A DNA stretch of 64,000 nucleotides from Azolla caroliniana (Eukaryota; Plantae; Polypodiophyta), in NCBI GenBank assembly GCA_043228905.1, contig JBHGNT010000001.1, forward strand, positions 25,110,001 to 25,174,000, read 5' to 3'. Shown piece after piece: positions 63,565 through 64,000 of the stretch. Positions within the stretch are counted from its first letter, which is position 1. Every line of letters begins with the position of its first letter. The notes under the pieces were generated by a model. That model worked only from the letters and a program-made list of their open reading frames with translations. It was not told the DNA's origin and made no database searches. Made by a program: the position numbers and the translations under genes.

Positions 63565-63974
63565 GATGGCCAGAATGACATTAGAAGTCTTTGAGTAAGG
63601 GAGGCATTGTGCAAGTGCCAATTGAAGTTTATATGGAGTTCAAGAAGCCATTCCATTCTTTTGATCAAACATATTGGTCTAGTTGGATTGTCGATCACAA
63701 TATCCACGTCTTCCCTAGTTTTTTCTGTGTTCTAATATCCACTCTTTGATATATGGATGTGGATGCAAAAGTTGATGGCCAGAATGACATTTGAAGTCTT
63801 TGAGTAAGGGAGGCATTGTGCAAGTGCCAATTGAAGTTTATATGGAGTTCAAGAAGCCATTACATTCTTTTGATCAAACTTATTGGTCTAGTTGGATTGT
63901 CGATCACAATAACCACGTCTTCCCTAGTTTTTTCTGTGTTCTAATATCCACTCTTTGATATATGGATGTGGATG
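63565..63974. repeat. Direct tandem duplication, 2 x ~209 bp
   Basis: GATGGCCAGAATGACA...GGATGTGGATG at 63565-63765 and 63774-63974. Confidence 0.95.
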
Positions 63975-64000
63975 GAAATGTTGTCCAAGCACCTATATAC

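Noticed and set aside
63351-63707. 118-aa minus-strand ORF
   Set aside because: No recognisable motif; overlaps a tandem duplication; probably a TE remnant.

Overview
Land-plant nuclear DNA. The PLS-PPR style, abundant CT/GA microsatellites and TE content suggest a fern or another seed-free vascular plant (inference). About 57% of the window (7922-44596) is a near-identical tandem array of a 1180-bp unit. Each unit carries two same-strand, intact tRNA-Arg genes (anticodons ACG and TCG, 67/73 identical to each other): 31 + 31 copies, plus 4 older copies in a decayed, retrotransposon-interrupted margin (1-4854). The spacers between the tRNAs are tiled with imperfect hairpins and contain no T-run longer than 4. 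This suggests a polycistronic tRNA/structured-ncRNA unit, which is my main candidate for an undescribed system. The left margin holds a deleted Ty1/copia element and an LTR element with a coiled-coil ORF inserted at a tRNA 3' end. Right of the array are an LTR+PBS remnant, hAT- and Mutator-type MITEs, a single-ORF PLS-E PPR gene, old TE debris, and a two-exon TMK-type LRR receptor kinase gene.
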